48,518 nucleotides of DNA, from IMG/VR virus record IMGVR_UViG_3300023076_000004, positions 1-48,518 of that record. One strand, given 5' to 3'. Below, piece by piece: positions 35,201-43,828 of the stretch; the first letter of the stretch is position 1; every line of letters starts with the position of its first letter. The position numbers were made by a program, and so were the translations under genes. Below the pieces are notes generated by a model. It searched no databases. It had not been told where the DNA came from and saw only the letters and a list, made by a program, of their open reading frames with translations. The stretch is from a virus (taxonomy: Duplodnaviria; Caudoviricetes).

Positions 35201-36513
35201 TTTTGTAAGTTAGCGAGAGAGTCCGCGAACGTTTTTTGCAACTGTTCAGCTTGCTTGATAGCTTCTTCGGTGGCCTTCTTACGGTCTTTAGCGGCTTTCT
35301 CTTCGTCTTCACGCTTCTTTCTATTTGCGTTTATTTCTGCGGCGCGCTGTTCAGGGGTAAGACCAAAAGGGTCGTCACCTACTTCACTAGCGGTTTTTCT
35401 TATTTGCGCGGTTTTTGTTAAAGCGTCCTGGTATTGTTTATCCGCTTCTAACCATTTCATAACCGTGGCGCGTTCTTTTTCTAACGCCTCGGTGCTTTTT
35501 GTAACGTCCGTTATTTTCACGCCCGTGAGTATATTGTTCCCGCCGTTTTGCGGAGCGAGAGCTTTATTTAATTCTTCTAAACGGGCCGTTAAACGCGGTA
35601 TATCCTCCGCGCTTATGCCATTTATACTTGCGGCCAAACCTTCGGATATATCCGTTATGAAATTGCCTAAACCGCTTGCCGCACCTGCTAGGGCGGTAGT
35701 TATATTAACGAGGCCTTTAGCTAGGGAGGCTATACCATCCTGAAAAGCGGGGTCTTTGACCTTTTCGCTAAAGGCCGTTAATTCCGGTAGGGCTTCCATA
35801 GCCACTGCGTTAGCGACGCCCGTAAAGGTTTTCTGCAACCGGCTAAGGTTATCGTTAAACTCTTCGGCTTTTTTAGCGGCGTCAGCGTCGAGCACTTGGC
35901 CAAGCTTTTCAGCCTCGGCGGCCATATCAGCCAATCCGGTTTTGCCGCTGTTGAGCAGGGGTATTAGCTCGGCTCCACTTTTGCCGAATAAATCCATGGC
36001 AATAGCGGTTTTAGTGGCGCCATCTTCAAGCCCACTTAAACGGTCGGCTACTTCTAAAAATAAGTCGTTAGTGCTTTTTAGCTTTCCTGCGGTGTCCTGG
36101 GTAGTTATTCCCAAATCAGCAAGAGCGTCCGCCGCAGAACCTTTACCGGTACTGGCCGCTTCCGCTAAATTTTTATTGAATTTACCGAGGGCACCAACTA
36201 AAGATTCAAACGCTACGCCGGATAAATCCGCTGCATAATTTAGTTTGGAAAGGTCGCCTACCGACACCCCGATTTTTTGGGAAGCCTTGGACATTTCGTC
36301 TTGAAGGTCTATTGAATGCTTAACCAAGGCAGTAAACGCAGTGCCTACACCTACAGCGAAAAGTGAACCGGCCTTGGCTACCTTTTCGATATCTTTTTGC
36401 ATTTTAGCAGCGGCAGCGGCAGAAGCCCTCTCAGCTTTACTAAGAGGGCCGACATAGCCGCCAATTTCGGCAACTAGATTAAGGGTTAATGATCCGAGTG
36501 ATCTATTTGCCAT
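32272..36513 (-). CDS. tail tape measure protein
   Basis: 1413 aa, Ala-rich and helical; SLGSLTLNL N-terminus; LFGKSG.ELIPLLN; follows the chaperone genes. Confidence 0.95.
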   Translation of the reverse strand: MANRSLGSLTLNLVAEIGGYVGPLSKAERASAAAAAKMQKDIEKVAKAGSLFAVGVGTAFTALVKHSIDLQDEMSKASQKIGVSVGDLSKLNYAADLSGVAFESLVGALGKFNKNLAEAASTGKGSAADALADLGITTQDTAGKLKSTNDLFLEVADRLSGLEDGATKTAIAMDLFGKSGAELIPLLNSGKTGLADMAAEAEKLGQVLDADAAKKAEEFNDNLSRLQKTFTGVANAVAMEALPELTAFSEKVKDPAFQDGIASLAKGLVNITTALAGAASGLGNFITDISEGLAASINGISAEDIPRLTARLEELNKALAPQNGGNNILTGVKITDVTKSTEALEKERATVMKWLEADKQYQDALTKTAQIRKTASEVGDDPFGLTPEQRAAEINANRKKREDEEKAAKDRKKATEEAIKQAEQLQKTFADSLANLQKEVDLYNVVSKAADVRYETEKGNLKELNQAQKEQLINLANIADLHERDKILMESQRAVDIAAMGDKGQLESVQYEYDLKNGLIQLNDVLNGQDREKLINNKKLVEQFGQQAQIADMIKQQERSIALSGETSKAAQLEYDIRNNILKVYGGIESAQAQTLINNEKVLESQEKLKTATELTKDAVERIDTAFADTWLHLEDGFAGVADSIVGSFKKMLAEMAHQAVTKPILLKFQQVLSGAASSGAQSVAGSAGSSGQGASGALAAGGIYAAVALAVVAGVTIWNKKQDAKFATMASGYKQANQSLTKVLGEGNKKSQAIGDSITLLNNRDSDVLGINENMLAALLDIRSGIQDVAAGFAKTLVGAADYNALGIKQGKRGLSSDAFDFGNTVTQNDPLNNFMAQAGRFATEFGGAINNTILDAIFSKSKKVIDSGISIIGTSLADILAGATIEAFNYADVKTTKKVLGVKTSTKVKRSQEELDAVFAEQFSDVFRNASVALKEASGVFGTNFDNFIGDLTVKTQDLSLKGLEGDALVKEIESFFGSTLDNWAEVLLGGTSVLEDFQKIGESAFETMIRLASETQIFGKYAETLKLNFQAVGVNAVYATQAIADAAGGFDQLAGSLAVYYDKFFSETDKFLANQTALSAAFKELGVALPSSREGFKDIISGINLATDAGQKQFAALIKLSGATDQYITALEKESDTKKAAANDAYGALSKAADKQKEAIQKQIDTATNALSSTKAVADSLNSALKSMTLQSSKAELATRRQAQAQIIAANAIAKAGGPLPKEGQLDDALSLLTQPSQDLYASFEDYARDFYTTSKNIKELADATGEQQSYEEQNLEALNAQVTALDDLLKFYQTQIDKLDDVNTSVLSVRTAIDQLNNTLAEAGINVSAPMAAPELSYTYEKSQVAQSQDYVAATQSLSTTSVNELLYRIDTLTEQLEASQFAIAKNTLNTAKILQRWDADGMPAESVS

Positions 36514-36862
36514 TGCGTGTCCGCTTCGTTGCTAGTTGCTCGTTGCGCTTACTTATCGCCCTGAATAAGTTTAACACGTCTTCGGGTTTCGCTATATACT
36601 CATCCTGCACGCGTTCGGTTTTCGGTAAAAAGTCTTCTATTTCCGCTTTGTGACCGTTTACTGTTAGCAGGTACTTAGTAAGCATCGCAAAGCCCCTGTC
36701 TACCCTGCGCCCTACATTCAACGATCCACGCTTGTTTATGTAGGCGACCCATTGCAAGGATTCTGCATGGGTCATATTCTCCTTGGCTTCTTTGATTGTT
36801 CTACCGCCGACCCCGCTTAGCACTAGCTCGTGCCAAAACTCGTCGGCGGGTGTTAGTTTTTT
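36503..36862 (-). CDS. tail assembly chaperone C-terminal extension (gpT-like), reached by -1 frameshift
   Basis: The -1 frame after A-AAA-AAC reads LTPADEFWHELVLSGVGGRTIKEAKE... Confidence 0.8.
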   Translation of the reverse strand, partial: KKLTPADEFWHELVLSGVGGRTIKEAKENMTHAESLQWVAYINKRGSLNVGRRVDRGFAMLTKYLLTVNGHKAEIEDFLPKTERVQDEYIAKPEDVLNLFRAISKRNEQLATKRTRNGK

Positions 36863-37230
36863 GTTTCGCCGTCCTGTTTTTCTTTAGGCGTATTTTCTTT
36901 TTCCACTTGGTTAATGGCGGTTACGAATGTCAGCAATAAACCCGTGTGGAATTGGTCGGCGGTTTCGTAGGGGATAGCCTCTTCGCCGTTTTCACCCAAG
37001 CGCACGAGGCGCGACACACGGCGAACCATAATCGAGCTTTCGTCGTCGCGAGCTTTGTAAATAAATTCAAAATCGGCAGCGGATAATTCGCGCTTGATAA
37101 AAATATCAAACTCGTTAACCACTTCGTCTTGATTTTCGTCAACGTGTTTCCAGCTAACGCTTTTACGCACGTAGTCGCCTTTGATAAAAGCGCCTGCCGC
37201 GATTAATTTTTGTAAATCCATAAATGCCAC
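36853..37230 (-). CDS. tail assembly chaperone (gpG-like)
   Basis: Lies between the major tail and TMP genes; ends ...TKN* on a slippery heptamer. Confidence 0.88.
   Translation of the reverse strand: MAFMDLQKLIAAGAFIKGDYVRKSVSWKHVDENQDEVVNEFDIFIKRELSAADFEFIYKARDDESSIMVRRVSRLVRLGENGEEAIPYETADQFHTGLLLTFVTAINQVEKENTPKEKQDGETKN
36856..36862 (-). other. programmed -1 ribosomal frameshift site A AAA AAC
   Basis: XXXYYYZ heptamer in frame immediately before TAA. Confidence 0.8.
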
Positions 37231-37257
37231 CTAGTAATTTTTAGTTTTATGAAAGTT

Positions 37258-37279
37258 AAAAACCGGCCCCGAAGGGCCG
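37258..37279 (-). terminator. intrinsic terminator after the major tail gene
   Basis: Minus strand reads CGGCCC-TTCG-GGGCCG-GTTTTT. Confidence 0.85.
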
Positions 37280-37294
37280 TAAAGCAACTGCTAC

Positions 37295-37765
37295 TTAGGT
37301 ACTGAGTACCGCAGGAACTAGCACAGGATCGCCGGAAATCTGAATACCGACGTTGGACTGTACCACAGAGTTTTGCTGGAAGCTGAAAGGGAAAGCGTTC
37401 ATAAAACCGTTGAACGTTAACCAAGTACGGCTATCAGGTAACTCAAAGTCGCCCGCTGTATCCACGGTAGGCGGTACGCCTGGTGCTTCTGACCAACCAA
37501 TAGCCCATTTCAACGTAACGCCCGCGACCTTCAATTGGTGCAAACGAATATGTGACGGGTCTTGCGGGTCGAAGTTAATGCCAAAAGTTGCCGTACCTGG
37601 TGTTGCCAAGCCTGCTTCGTAACTACGCGCGGTATCACCCAAGCAAGTAGTTTCGATTTGGTCTAAAGTTGAATCCAAACCGTCAATCGACGTAACGCAG
37701 CCTACAATTAAAATGCTGTCGTCAGCCGGATCAATGGCGTATAGGTCGGTGCCTTGCGTCTTCAT
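37295..37765 (-). CDS. major tail tube protein
   Basis: KTQGT.LY, IETTCL, G..TPG, W..F.G....FP.F..N.VV; strong GGAGG SD. Confidence 0.92.
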   Translation of the reverse strand: MKTQGTDLYAIDPADDSILIVGCVTSIDGLDSTLDQIETTCLGDTARSYEAGLATPGTATFGINFDPQDPSHIRLHQLKVAGVTLKWAIGWSEAPGVPPTVDTAGDFELPDSRTWLTFNGFMNAFPFSFQQNSVVQSNVGIQISGDPVLVPAVLST

Positions 37766-37894
37766 TTGATCGCCTCCAAGTTAAAAAGCTTTGCTTTACA
37801 GCAATGCGTTACCGTCAATTAACCAAAATTAACGAATCCGGTTTCCCGAATTTTGTACACATAATACGCGCTTGCTCGCGCGCGTACCAGTAAA

Positions 37895-38281
37895 TTAAGT
37901 GCGTGAGTTTATGAAATCCACGTCGAAACTGTAATGGTAATTTTTTGTCGCTTCGTCACGGTCTTCGTCTCCGAAGCGCACGACATAAGCTTGAAGCTCA
38001 AGGGCATTATTTAACGCAAGAGAAACCGCGCGAACCGCTGCCGCGCTTTTGCCGTAAACGTCCACCTGAACGGTATAATGGTCTTCGGTAGGTCGCCCGC
38101 TAATAAAATTTTCAGGAAAGCCCGAAACGTTTTGCCATACGGCGTAGGGGTAAATTCTTGCTGATTCCTGCGGGGCTAAACCGAACGGGTAGAGGCGAAG
38201 CGGGTCGTTTAAGCCGCCTGTGCCTAATAAAGCTTTTACGGCGGTACTTTGTGACACTATCCCGAATATGGGTGCAAACAT
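37895..38281 (-). CDS. tail completion/terminator protein (DUF3168-like)
   Basis: RLYPFG.AP, PYAVWQ...G.PEN, QVDVY. Confidence 0.88.
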   Translation of the reverse strand: MFAPIFGIVSQSTAVKALLGTGGLNDPLRLYPFGLAPQESARIYPYAVWQNVSGFPENFISGRPTEDHYTVQVDVYGKSAAAVRAVSLALNNALELQAYVVRFGDEDRDEATKNYHYSFDVDFINSRT

Positions 38282-38751
38282 TATTTACCCGCCTTTGCTA
38301 TGGCTTTATCCAAAGCTTTCTCGTATTCACGGACGAAGGTATCAGTAACCGTACCTATATTTTCAGACAGCGCCGGGCGTACAAAAGGATGCGCAGGGGT
38401 TTTCTCGTTGCCTAATTCCAAATGGCGCCAATAGGGGGTAGGTGCCTTTTTACCGTCAACCAATTTTGTACGGCTACTGGCTCCGCCTAAAATACCTATT
38501 TTAAAAGCTAGGTCGCCTGTGCGTTTAGCGTAGCGACTATCCCATCGTAAATCCGCGTTATCTTTTATAGAACGGACCGTAGCAGGATCGTCGAAAGTCT
38601 CAGCACGTTTCTTTATATCATTTACCACAAAACGTGCGGCTTTACGTAGTGCGGCTCGCCCGCCCTTATACTTGACGTCATTGGTTACGGCCTCGAATTT
38701 CTTTTTGAGGCTTTCCAATCCCGTAAGCTTAAAGGAGACTTTATCAACCAC
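38281..38751 (-). CDS. HK97 gp10-like neck protein
   Basis: GL..L, ALRKAA, YWR.LE.G....PA.PF.RPA. Confidence 0.9.
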   Translation of the reverse strand: MVDKVSFKLTGLESLKKKFEAVTNDVKYKGGRAALRKAARFVVNDIKKRAETFDDPATVRSIKDNADLRWDSRYAKRTGDLAFKIGILGGASSRTKLVDGKKAPTPYWRHLELGNEKTPAHPFVRPALSENIGTVTDTFVREYEKALDKAIAKAGK

Positions 38752-39547
38752 GTTGAACTCCCAGCAAAGCGCTTAAAGCCTTGCCTGATTTAATTTCATC
38801 TAGCCGCCATTGGCACCACGCTAATTCGTGGGCCCATTCATCGCGCTCAGGCGTGACTATATCATTTATGGCGTGACCCGTCACTGGCCATGCCATTGAG
38901 CCTTTGTCTGCGGTGATAGTGGGCTTACCGGCCAATACCGCATCTACCGCCGAATTGCTGTTGTAAGTAATCACAAGGGCCGCGCCTGCTAGGGCTTCGT
39001 CAAGCGTACCGCGTGAGCGCTCCGTGCCTCTAACTATCGCGCGGTGGCCCTTGCGCAGTGCTTCGGGGTGCGGGCGAAAATGTACAGGCATTCGGTAATG
39101 CTCTGCAGCTTGCTGCGCGGTTGCGCTATACCACGGAAGTAAGTCTTGTCCGCGTAAGCTGGCGTCGCCTGGCACCTGGCCCATAATTAAAATATATTTG
39201 CCTTCGCGGTTCCATGGCTTTAAGGGGCCGAAATTTTGCTTGAATCGTTCGCCGTTGTCTTTGGGGGCTGGTGCAAAAGTACCGTAACCGTTGAGCCCGT
39301 TCCAAGCAAGTGATGTCCAGTTAAAACGGTCCGAAAAATATCCTCTCTCCATGACCAAAACTTCTTTTCCTTCAGCTCGTAAAGCTTTGCCCGCACGCCA
39401 GCCCCAACACGCGACGAATTTAGTTTTACACCTTGCATAGCTGGTTAGCGTTGAATGTATTCCAAGAGCCTTAAGGCCCTCGGCTAACGCTGCTTGGTGC
39501 GCTAGCTGGTGCGGTGCGCGGTGCGAGGCTACTATGGTAAAGTGCAT
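38744..39547 (-). CDS. glycosyltransferase, KpsS/KpsC (capsule biosynthesis)-like
   Basis: ERGY, GQVPGD (QxxxD), RPHP and NS..AVDAVLAGKP motifs. Confidence 0.75.
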   Translation of the reverse strand: MHFTIVASHRAPHQLAHQAALAEGLKALGIHSTLTSYARCKTKFVACWGWRAGKALRAEGKEVLVMERGYFSDRFNWTSLAWNGLNGYGTFAPAPKDNGERFKQNFGPLKPWNREGKYILIMGQVPGDASLRGQDLLPWYSATAQQAAEHYRMPVHFRPHPEALRKGHRAIVRGTERSRGTLDEALAGAALVITYNSNSAVDAVLAGKPTITADKGSMAWPVTGHAINDIVTPERDEWAHELAWCQWRLDEIKSGKALSALLGVQRG

Positions 39548-40119
39548 AGAATTGAGCCAATTCCCATTAACGAGCCTTTATCTACGAACTCTACGGTTTC
39601 GTAGTTTCCTGATTCTTTTATTTCCTGCCAAAGAATAGGCACTTCAACCTTATTTTTATGTACCTTTTCTATTTGACCGGTGCCTACGATATCGTGAAAA
39701 GCTACCAGCTCCGCTAAGGGCGCGTAGTTTGCAAAGTCAGTCGCTACGCCTTCGTAAAGGTGGTTGCCGTCAATTAATGCCGCGTCGAACGGACCTTGCC
39801 CATAAACCTTTTCGATTATTGCGTCGTCGGTACTGTCACCAAAAATTACTTCGATATCGTAGCCGCGCTGAATCAAATCACGCGCTGCAGCTTTAAGGCT
39901 GGTTTTGGAAGTGCAACGGCCCCAAAGCCCGCCGGGTAAATCGACTGCGACTCCCTTGCTACCCTTAGGTAGATTAATCATTACTTCGTGGAACGTGTCG
40001 CCGTGACGTGCACCTATTTCAAGGTAACTTTTAACGCCTTTGTCTTTCAGCAATTTTATATAAGATCGAAGCTCATATTCGTTTTGCGAGGCTCTACGGC
40101 CTGAGAGTGTTTTTAACAT
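39532..40119 (-). CDS. class I SAM-dependent methyltransferase (Methyltransf_24-like)
   Basis: YLEIG...G, GDS, IDGNH.YEGV..D, FHDI. Confidence 0.85.
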   Translation of the reverse strand: MLKTLSGRRASQNEYELRSYIKLLKDKGVKSYLEIGARHGDTFHEVMINLPKGSKGVAVDLPGGLWGRCTSKTSLKAAARDLIQRGYDIEVIFGDSTDDAIIEKVYGQGPFDAALIDGNHLYEGVATDFANYAPLAELVAFHDIVGTGQIEKVHKNKVEVPILWQEIKESGNYETVEFVDKGSLMGIGSILCTLP

Positions 40120-40667
40120 GTTAAGACTTCCTCTAAAGGCTTTTTAATAAAGCAATCCAACGTGGTCACGCGCGAGCAATTAACTATCGTCGTTCTTGTT
40201 CTTTTGGACAAATGTAAAAATTGTTTGCGCCACATATCGCACTTGTTCGCATTTGGGTTGCTGGTTTGGTCGTGGTCACCATGCCAGTGCGTACCGTATT
40301 TAGTAGTGCAATCATAGCCAAGTAAAATAATTTTAGCCGCGCCGAACTCTATGGCCAATTCAATAGCCCGCAAGCCAGAATTAAACGCCCCGTAGCGGTC
40401 ATGAAAACGTATTTTAAACCGATCCGCCGCAGTGCGTGAACATGTCCAGCGTTCGGCGGGGGAATCTATTTTATTACCGTAGTTTGCCCAAAAGGCATTA
40501 TCGCCTCCGTAAATAATATCGGCAAAAGGCGCTAGTTCCCAGCTTCTATTCACGGCTATAGTTTTTATATCGTTTTCGCCGATTAAGCCGCAGTCTTCAG
40601 CAGTAAGCGAAGGGCCACTAGCGATACATGCTACGGTTTGCCCTTGCCACCTGGGGTTATTGCCCAT
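40113..40667 (-). CDS. DUF115/Maf/GT42-like nucleotide-sugar transferase fold protein
   Basis: IASGPSL, IAVN, NSG..AI.LA...GA.KIILLGYD, HWHG.H. Confidence 0.75.
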   Translation of the reverse strand: MGNNPRWQGQTVACIASGPSLTAEDCGLIGENDIKTIAVNRSWELAPFADIIYGGDNAFWANYGNKIDSPAERWTCSRTAADRFKIRFHDRYGAFNSGLRAIELAIEFGAAKIILLGYDCTTKYGTHWHGDHDQTSNPNANKCDMWRKQFLHLSKRTRTTIVNCSRVTTLDCFIKKPLEEVLTC

Positions 40668-41001
40668 CGTTTACGCCTGCCGATACTGGTGCTGTTAGGT
40701 ACTCCAATCCGCTATCGTTATCGGGTAGCCATCCTGCCGGATTGTAAATTTTGCATAAGTGGACAATGCGCATTTCGGCAGTGAGTTCTGGCAAAAAGCG
40801 AATCGTTACGCGCGCGAGAATTTGGGCTTGTGTGGTATGCGAGGCGATAAATTCTTTCGCACTTAGGAAGTCCACGGCAGCGGGCACCGAAGCGTATTTA
40901 TTCTGCCAAGTAATAACAACTTCGCCGGTTACCGGGTCTTGCGTTCTTACTTGCTGCTGTATTGTGATCCGGTGCCGTAACTTGCCTGCGTATAAGCTCA
41001 T
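40657..41001 (-). CDS. head closure protein (SPP1 gp16-like)
   Basis: AGKLRHRITIQ....QD..GE...W, TIRF.....MRI. Confidence 0.9.
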   Translation of the reverse strand: MSLYAGKLRHRITIQQQVRTQDPVTGEVVITWQNKYASVPAAVDFLSAKEFIASHTTQAQILARVTIRFLPELTAEMRIVHLCKIYNPAGWLPDNDSGLEYLTAPVSAGVNDGQ

Positions 41002-41010
41002 AGTTTGCCC

Positions 41011-41352
41011 TTATCTGAAAGCCGGGTCGCGTTTAGGGTAAAGCAGCGCAGTAACAGGCGCAGGCAAGTAGCCGCGCTCGTAGGCGTCGTCCGCATTGGT
41101 ATCGCGGTCTTTGTAAAGGTAGCCGAGCATAAGAAGTACAGCCGCCTGAACATTAGCGGGAACACCTACGGGCTCGCCGTCGCTATCTACCTCGACTTGG
41201 CCGCTGCTATCAAGAAACTCGCCTGCGCGAGATTTAAGATAATCGAGCACCGCAGCGCTCGCACCTTCAATCTTCAATTCTATGTCATCGTCTTCGTCAT
41301 CGATGATAACGCGCAAGTGTCTTTTGCCTTGTTCAAGGGATACCAGCATCAT
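41011..41352 (-). CDS. head-tail connector (HK97 gp6-like)
   Basis: VSLE..K.HLR, AVL...G.LY..R, V.ALL.P.R. Confidence 0.9.
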   Translation of the reverse strand: MMLVSLEQGKRHLRVIIDDEDDDIELKIEGASAAVLDYLKSRAGEFLDSSGQVEVDSDGEPVGVPANVQAAVLLMLGYLYKDRDTNADDAYERGYLPAPVTALLYPKRDPAFR

Positions 41353-42431
41353 TATATTTTCATCCCATTAACCAAATCGCGGCCATTGGTGCCGTTCTTG
41401 CCGTCACGCCCGCGCTTAACAGCCAAGCGCCAGCCCTTAGTGCCTTCGCCTGGTTTCTCGGTGGTAGGCTCTTCGCAATGCCACACCGCACCGGCCCATG
41501 TAACCATATCGCCTTGCTCGTGCGTGTCGTATTCACGGTACACGCCCTTATAAACAGGTACGGGGATGCGTGCTTTATGCTCTACAACCGCGCCGCTTGA
41601 TTTAGAAATATTTACCGAAAATTCGCGGGCGTTAATTTGTTCGAAATTAATTTCGGCTACACCTTCAACCAAACATTCCCAGCCGCGCATAGCTTCGCTT
41701 TTCTCGAAGGTGCGGAATAGACCGCCTTTATGAATCGCGTAAGTGTTTCGCGGGTAGCTTTTAGCCTCGTCAATGGCTGGTAGTATTTCGAGCGCAACGG
41801 CGTCGCGCCCGTCCTCTCCGTCTTTTCCGTCGCGTGGTAACTGGATAGCTGCGACCGCTTTTGTTACGGCCTCGTCTACCATTTTTTGCGCTTGTTCTAT
41901 GGTCACCGTTTCGGGCGCTTGGCGTTTTGCGTAGGCTTGTTCTATTAGAGCTTCGACCTCTTCGAGTGTGAAGCTTTTACCGTCTTCGCCCTTCTCGCCT
42001 GGTGCGCCATCTTTAGGGGCCGGAATTTGGGCTACTGCTTCAAGGATAAGGGGTTGCACTTCCTCAAGGGTAATGCTCTTGCCGTCTTCGCCCTTCTCGC
42101 CTGGTGCGCCATCTTTAGGGGCCGGAATTTGGGCTACTGCTTCAAGGATAAGCGGTTGCACTTCCTCAAGGGTAATGCTCTTGCCGTCTTCGCCCTTCTC
42201 GCCTGGTGCGCCATCTTTAGGCACGGGTATTTTTGAAGCCGCCAATTCGGCAGCTTTCTCTATTTCTGTTTCCGAAAAAGTAACAGGCTGCTGGACTATA
42301 GCTTTTACTTCAGTTAATTGATTTTCAAGCCCTTCCATTCTAGTCAAAATAGGCGCTACTGCCTTCGCGCAGTAATCGCGAACGGTTGCCGCTATAGCTT
42401 TGGCTTGGTTTTCCAAATCTTTTAAGTTCAT
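41352..42431 (-). CDS. portal-linked head protein with short collagen-like repeats
   Basis: (KDGAPGEKGEDG) repeats; C-terminal Y.GV....Y..GD.VTW.G..W...W.LAVKRGRDG. Confidence 0.8.
   Translation of the reverse strand: MNLKDLENQAKAIAATVRDYCAKAVAPILTRMEGLENQLTEVKAIVQQPVTFSETEIEKAAELAASKIPVPKDGAPGEKGEDGKSITLEEVQPLILEAVAQIPAPKDGAPGEKGEDGKSITLEEVQPLILEAVAQIPAPKDGAPGEKGEDGKSFTLEEVEALIEQAYAKRQAPETVTIEQAQKMVDEAVTKAVAAIQLPRDGKDGEDGRDAVALEILPAIDEAKSYPRNTYAIHKGGLFRTFEKSEAMRGWECLVEGVAEINFEQINAREFSVNISKSSGAVVEHKARIPVPVYKGVYREYDTHEQGDMVTWAGAVWHCEEPTTEKPGEGTKGWRLAVKRGRDGKNGTNGRDLVNGMKI
41955..42228 (-). repeat. 102-bp (34-aa) coding tandem repeat, about 2.7 copies
   Basis: CGTCTTCGCCCTTCTCGCCTGGTGCGCCATCTTTAGG starts at 41981, 42083 and 42185. 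Confidence 0.93.
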
Positions 42432-43810
42432 AGCTGTTTCAATTCCCGTTCGAAAAATAAGGCGAATATTTGGGCCGATTTTTGACTGTCTTCATTTTCC
42501 GCTACCGGCTCTATTACCTCAACCGTGGCCGGTACTACTTCGTGCCCTGGTGTGGTTTGGGTATCGAATGGGTCTTCCTGTGAATCGCGTTTCGATAAAG
42601 CCTCAAGCGAATAATTTTGTTGCTGCATGTAAATCGTATCGCCGCCTTTAATAGGCGGTAGATTCACTTTGCGACGACCTTCGTTTGGTGTGTAGAGCGA
42701 ATCTTTTATCGCTTGGCCTAAGGTACGATAAAGCGTGGAGTTATCCATGCGCAGTAACTTTTCAAGGTCACATTCAATGCCATAAGTGTCGGGCAGCGCG
42801 AGCCCTTCGTCAAGGCAAAGCTCCAAATTTTCGATAAGCGACTGTAAGCAATCGCTATAGTAAATTTGGTTCATATCTTCAATTTTTTGGCCTGCGGGAA
42901 TCGCTGCGAAGCCAATTTTGAAAGCGGGTACATGAAAGGTCGAGCAAATTATTTCGGCATTAAGCTTTAATTGTTCAACCAACTGAGAATCTACAGCGGT
43001 AGCTTGCATTTGTTCGAACTTCAAGCCGTCGCCTAATATGGCCACGTTGCCTGCTTTTGTTCCGCTGAATTCTGTAATGAAATACTGTTTCATACGCTCG
43101 GCTGTTTCGTCTGAAATAGCCCCGGGTGCACTAAGAATGCCGCCTGGCTGTGCGCCATTCTCAAAAAAAGTTGCCGATGCACGTTGTAGCTTTATGCCGC
43201 TGGCTGCTGCGATAGCGTTAGCGTAAAGAGGCGGTACGCCTACGAGTGGATGAAATAGGCAGTTCATACGGTCATGAATTATTGAGCTTGCAGGCACTAA
43301 AACAGTTTCTTGCAGGCCGCTTAACTTATCGGGCGATAGCTGATAATAAATAGTGCCATCGTTAGTTTCCATAACCCGAACTAAATTAGGATTCAAGATA
43401 TACAGGGCCACAACCACGTTACGCGCGTCGTATTCTTTCAGGACGTAGGTGTTACCGTAGCAAAGCTTTGACATTATCCACCATTCTATAAACTGGATAA
43501 TGTTTTGGTAACGGTTTGGGCGGCGTAGGACGGGACTAAAAGCAGCACTTGAAACTTCCTCCCAGATACCGGCGGGAGTACGCTTCTTTAAAAGCGGTTT
43601 CATTTTGCCGATATCGGAAGAGATAAGCGTAACGCAAGAGTAAACCGCGAAATTACAAAGCGCGGTCATTTGGGTAATTTCTTCGTTATTCTGCCAAGCG
43701 CCTGGATACCAATCGCGAATAATTGACCTCCAGCCGCCTCGGTCATCTATACCCGACAATGTAAGTGCTTTTTTAACAGCCTTGAAAAACTTCATGCCGG
43801 GTATATTCAT
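42428..43810 (-). CDS. portal protein (HK97 family)
   Basis: AVYSCV.LIS.DI, RPN.YQ, GN.YV, FFENGA.PGGIL, TPNE.R...LPP..GGD. Confidence 0.95.
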   Translation of the reverse strand: MNIPGMKFFKAVKKALTLSGIDDRGGWRSIIRDWYPGAWQNNEEITQMTALCNFAVYSCVTLISSDIGKMKPLLKKRTPAGIWEEVSSAAFSPVLRRPNRYQNIIQFIEWWIMSKLCYGNTYVLKEYDARNVVVALYILNPNLVRVMETNDGTIYYQLSPDKLSGLQETVLVPASSIIHDRMNCLFHPLVGVPPLYANAIAAASGIKLQRASATFFENGAQPGGILSAPGAISDETAERMKQYFITEFSGTKAGNVAILGDGLKFEQMQATAVDSQLVEQLKLNAEIICSTFHVPAFKIGFAAIPAGQKIEDMNQIYYSDCLQSLIENLELCLDEGLALPDTYGIECDLEKLLRMDNSTLYRTLGQAIKDSLYTPNEGRRKVNLPPIKGGDTIYMQQQNYSLEALSKRDSQEDPFDTQTTPGHEVVPATVEVIEPVAENEDSQKSAQIFALFFERELKQL

Positions 43811-43828
43811 TCGCGAGGCTTCCGCTTA

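Noticed and set aside
32683-36238. Several 60-160 aa plus-strand ORFs in the TMP gene (similar ones lie in the capsid and portal genes)
   Set aside because: Antisense shadows of long Ala-rich genes, with no SD or recognisable motifs.
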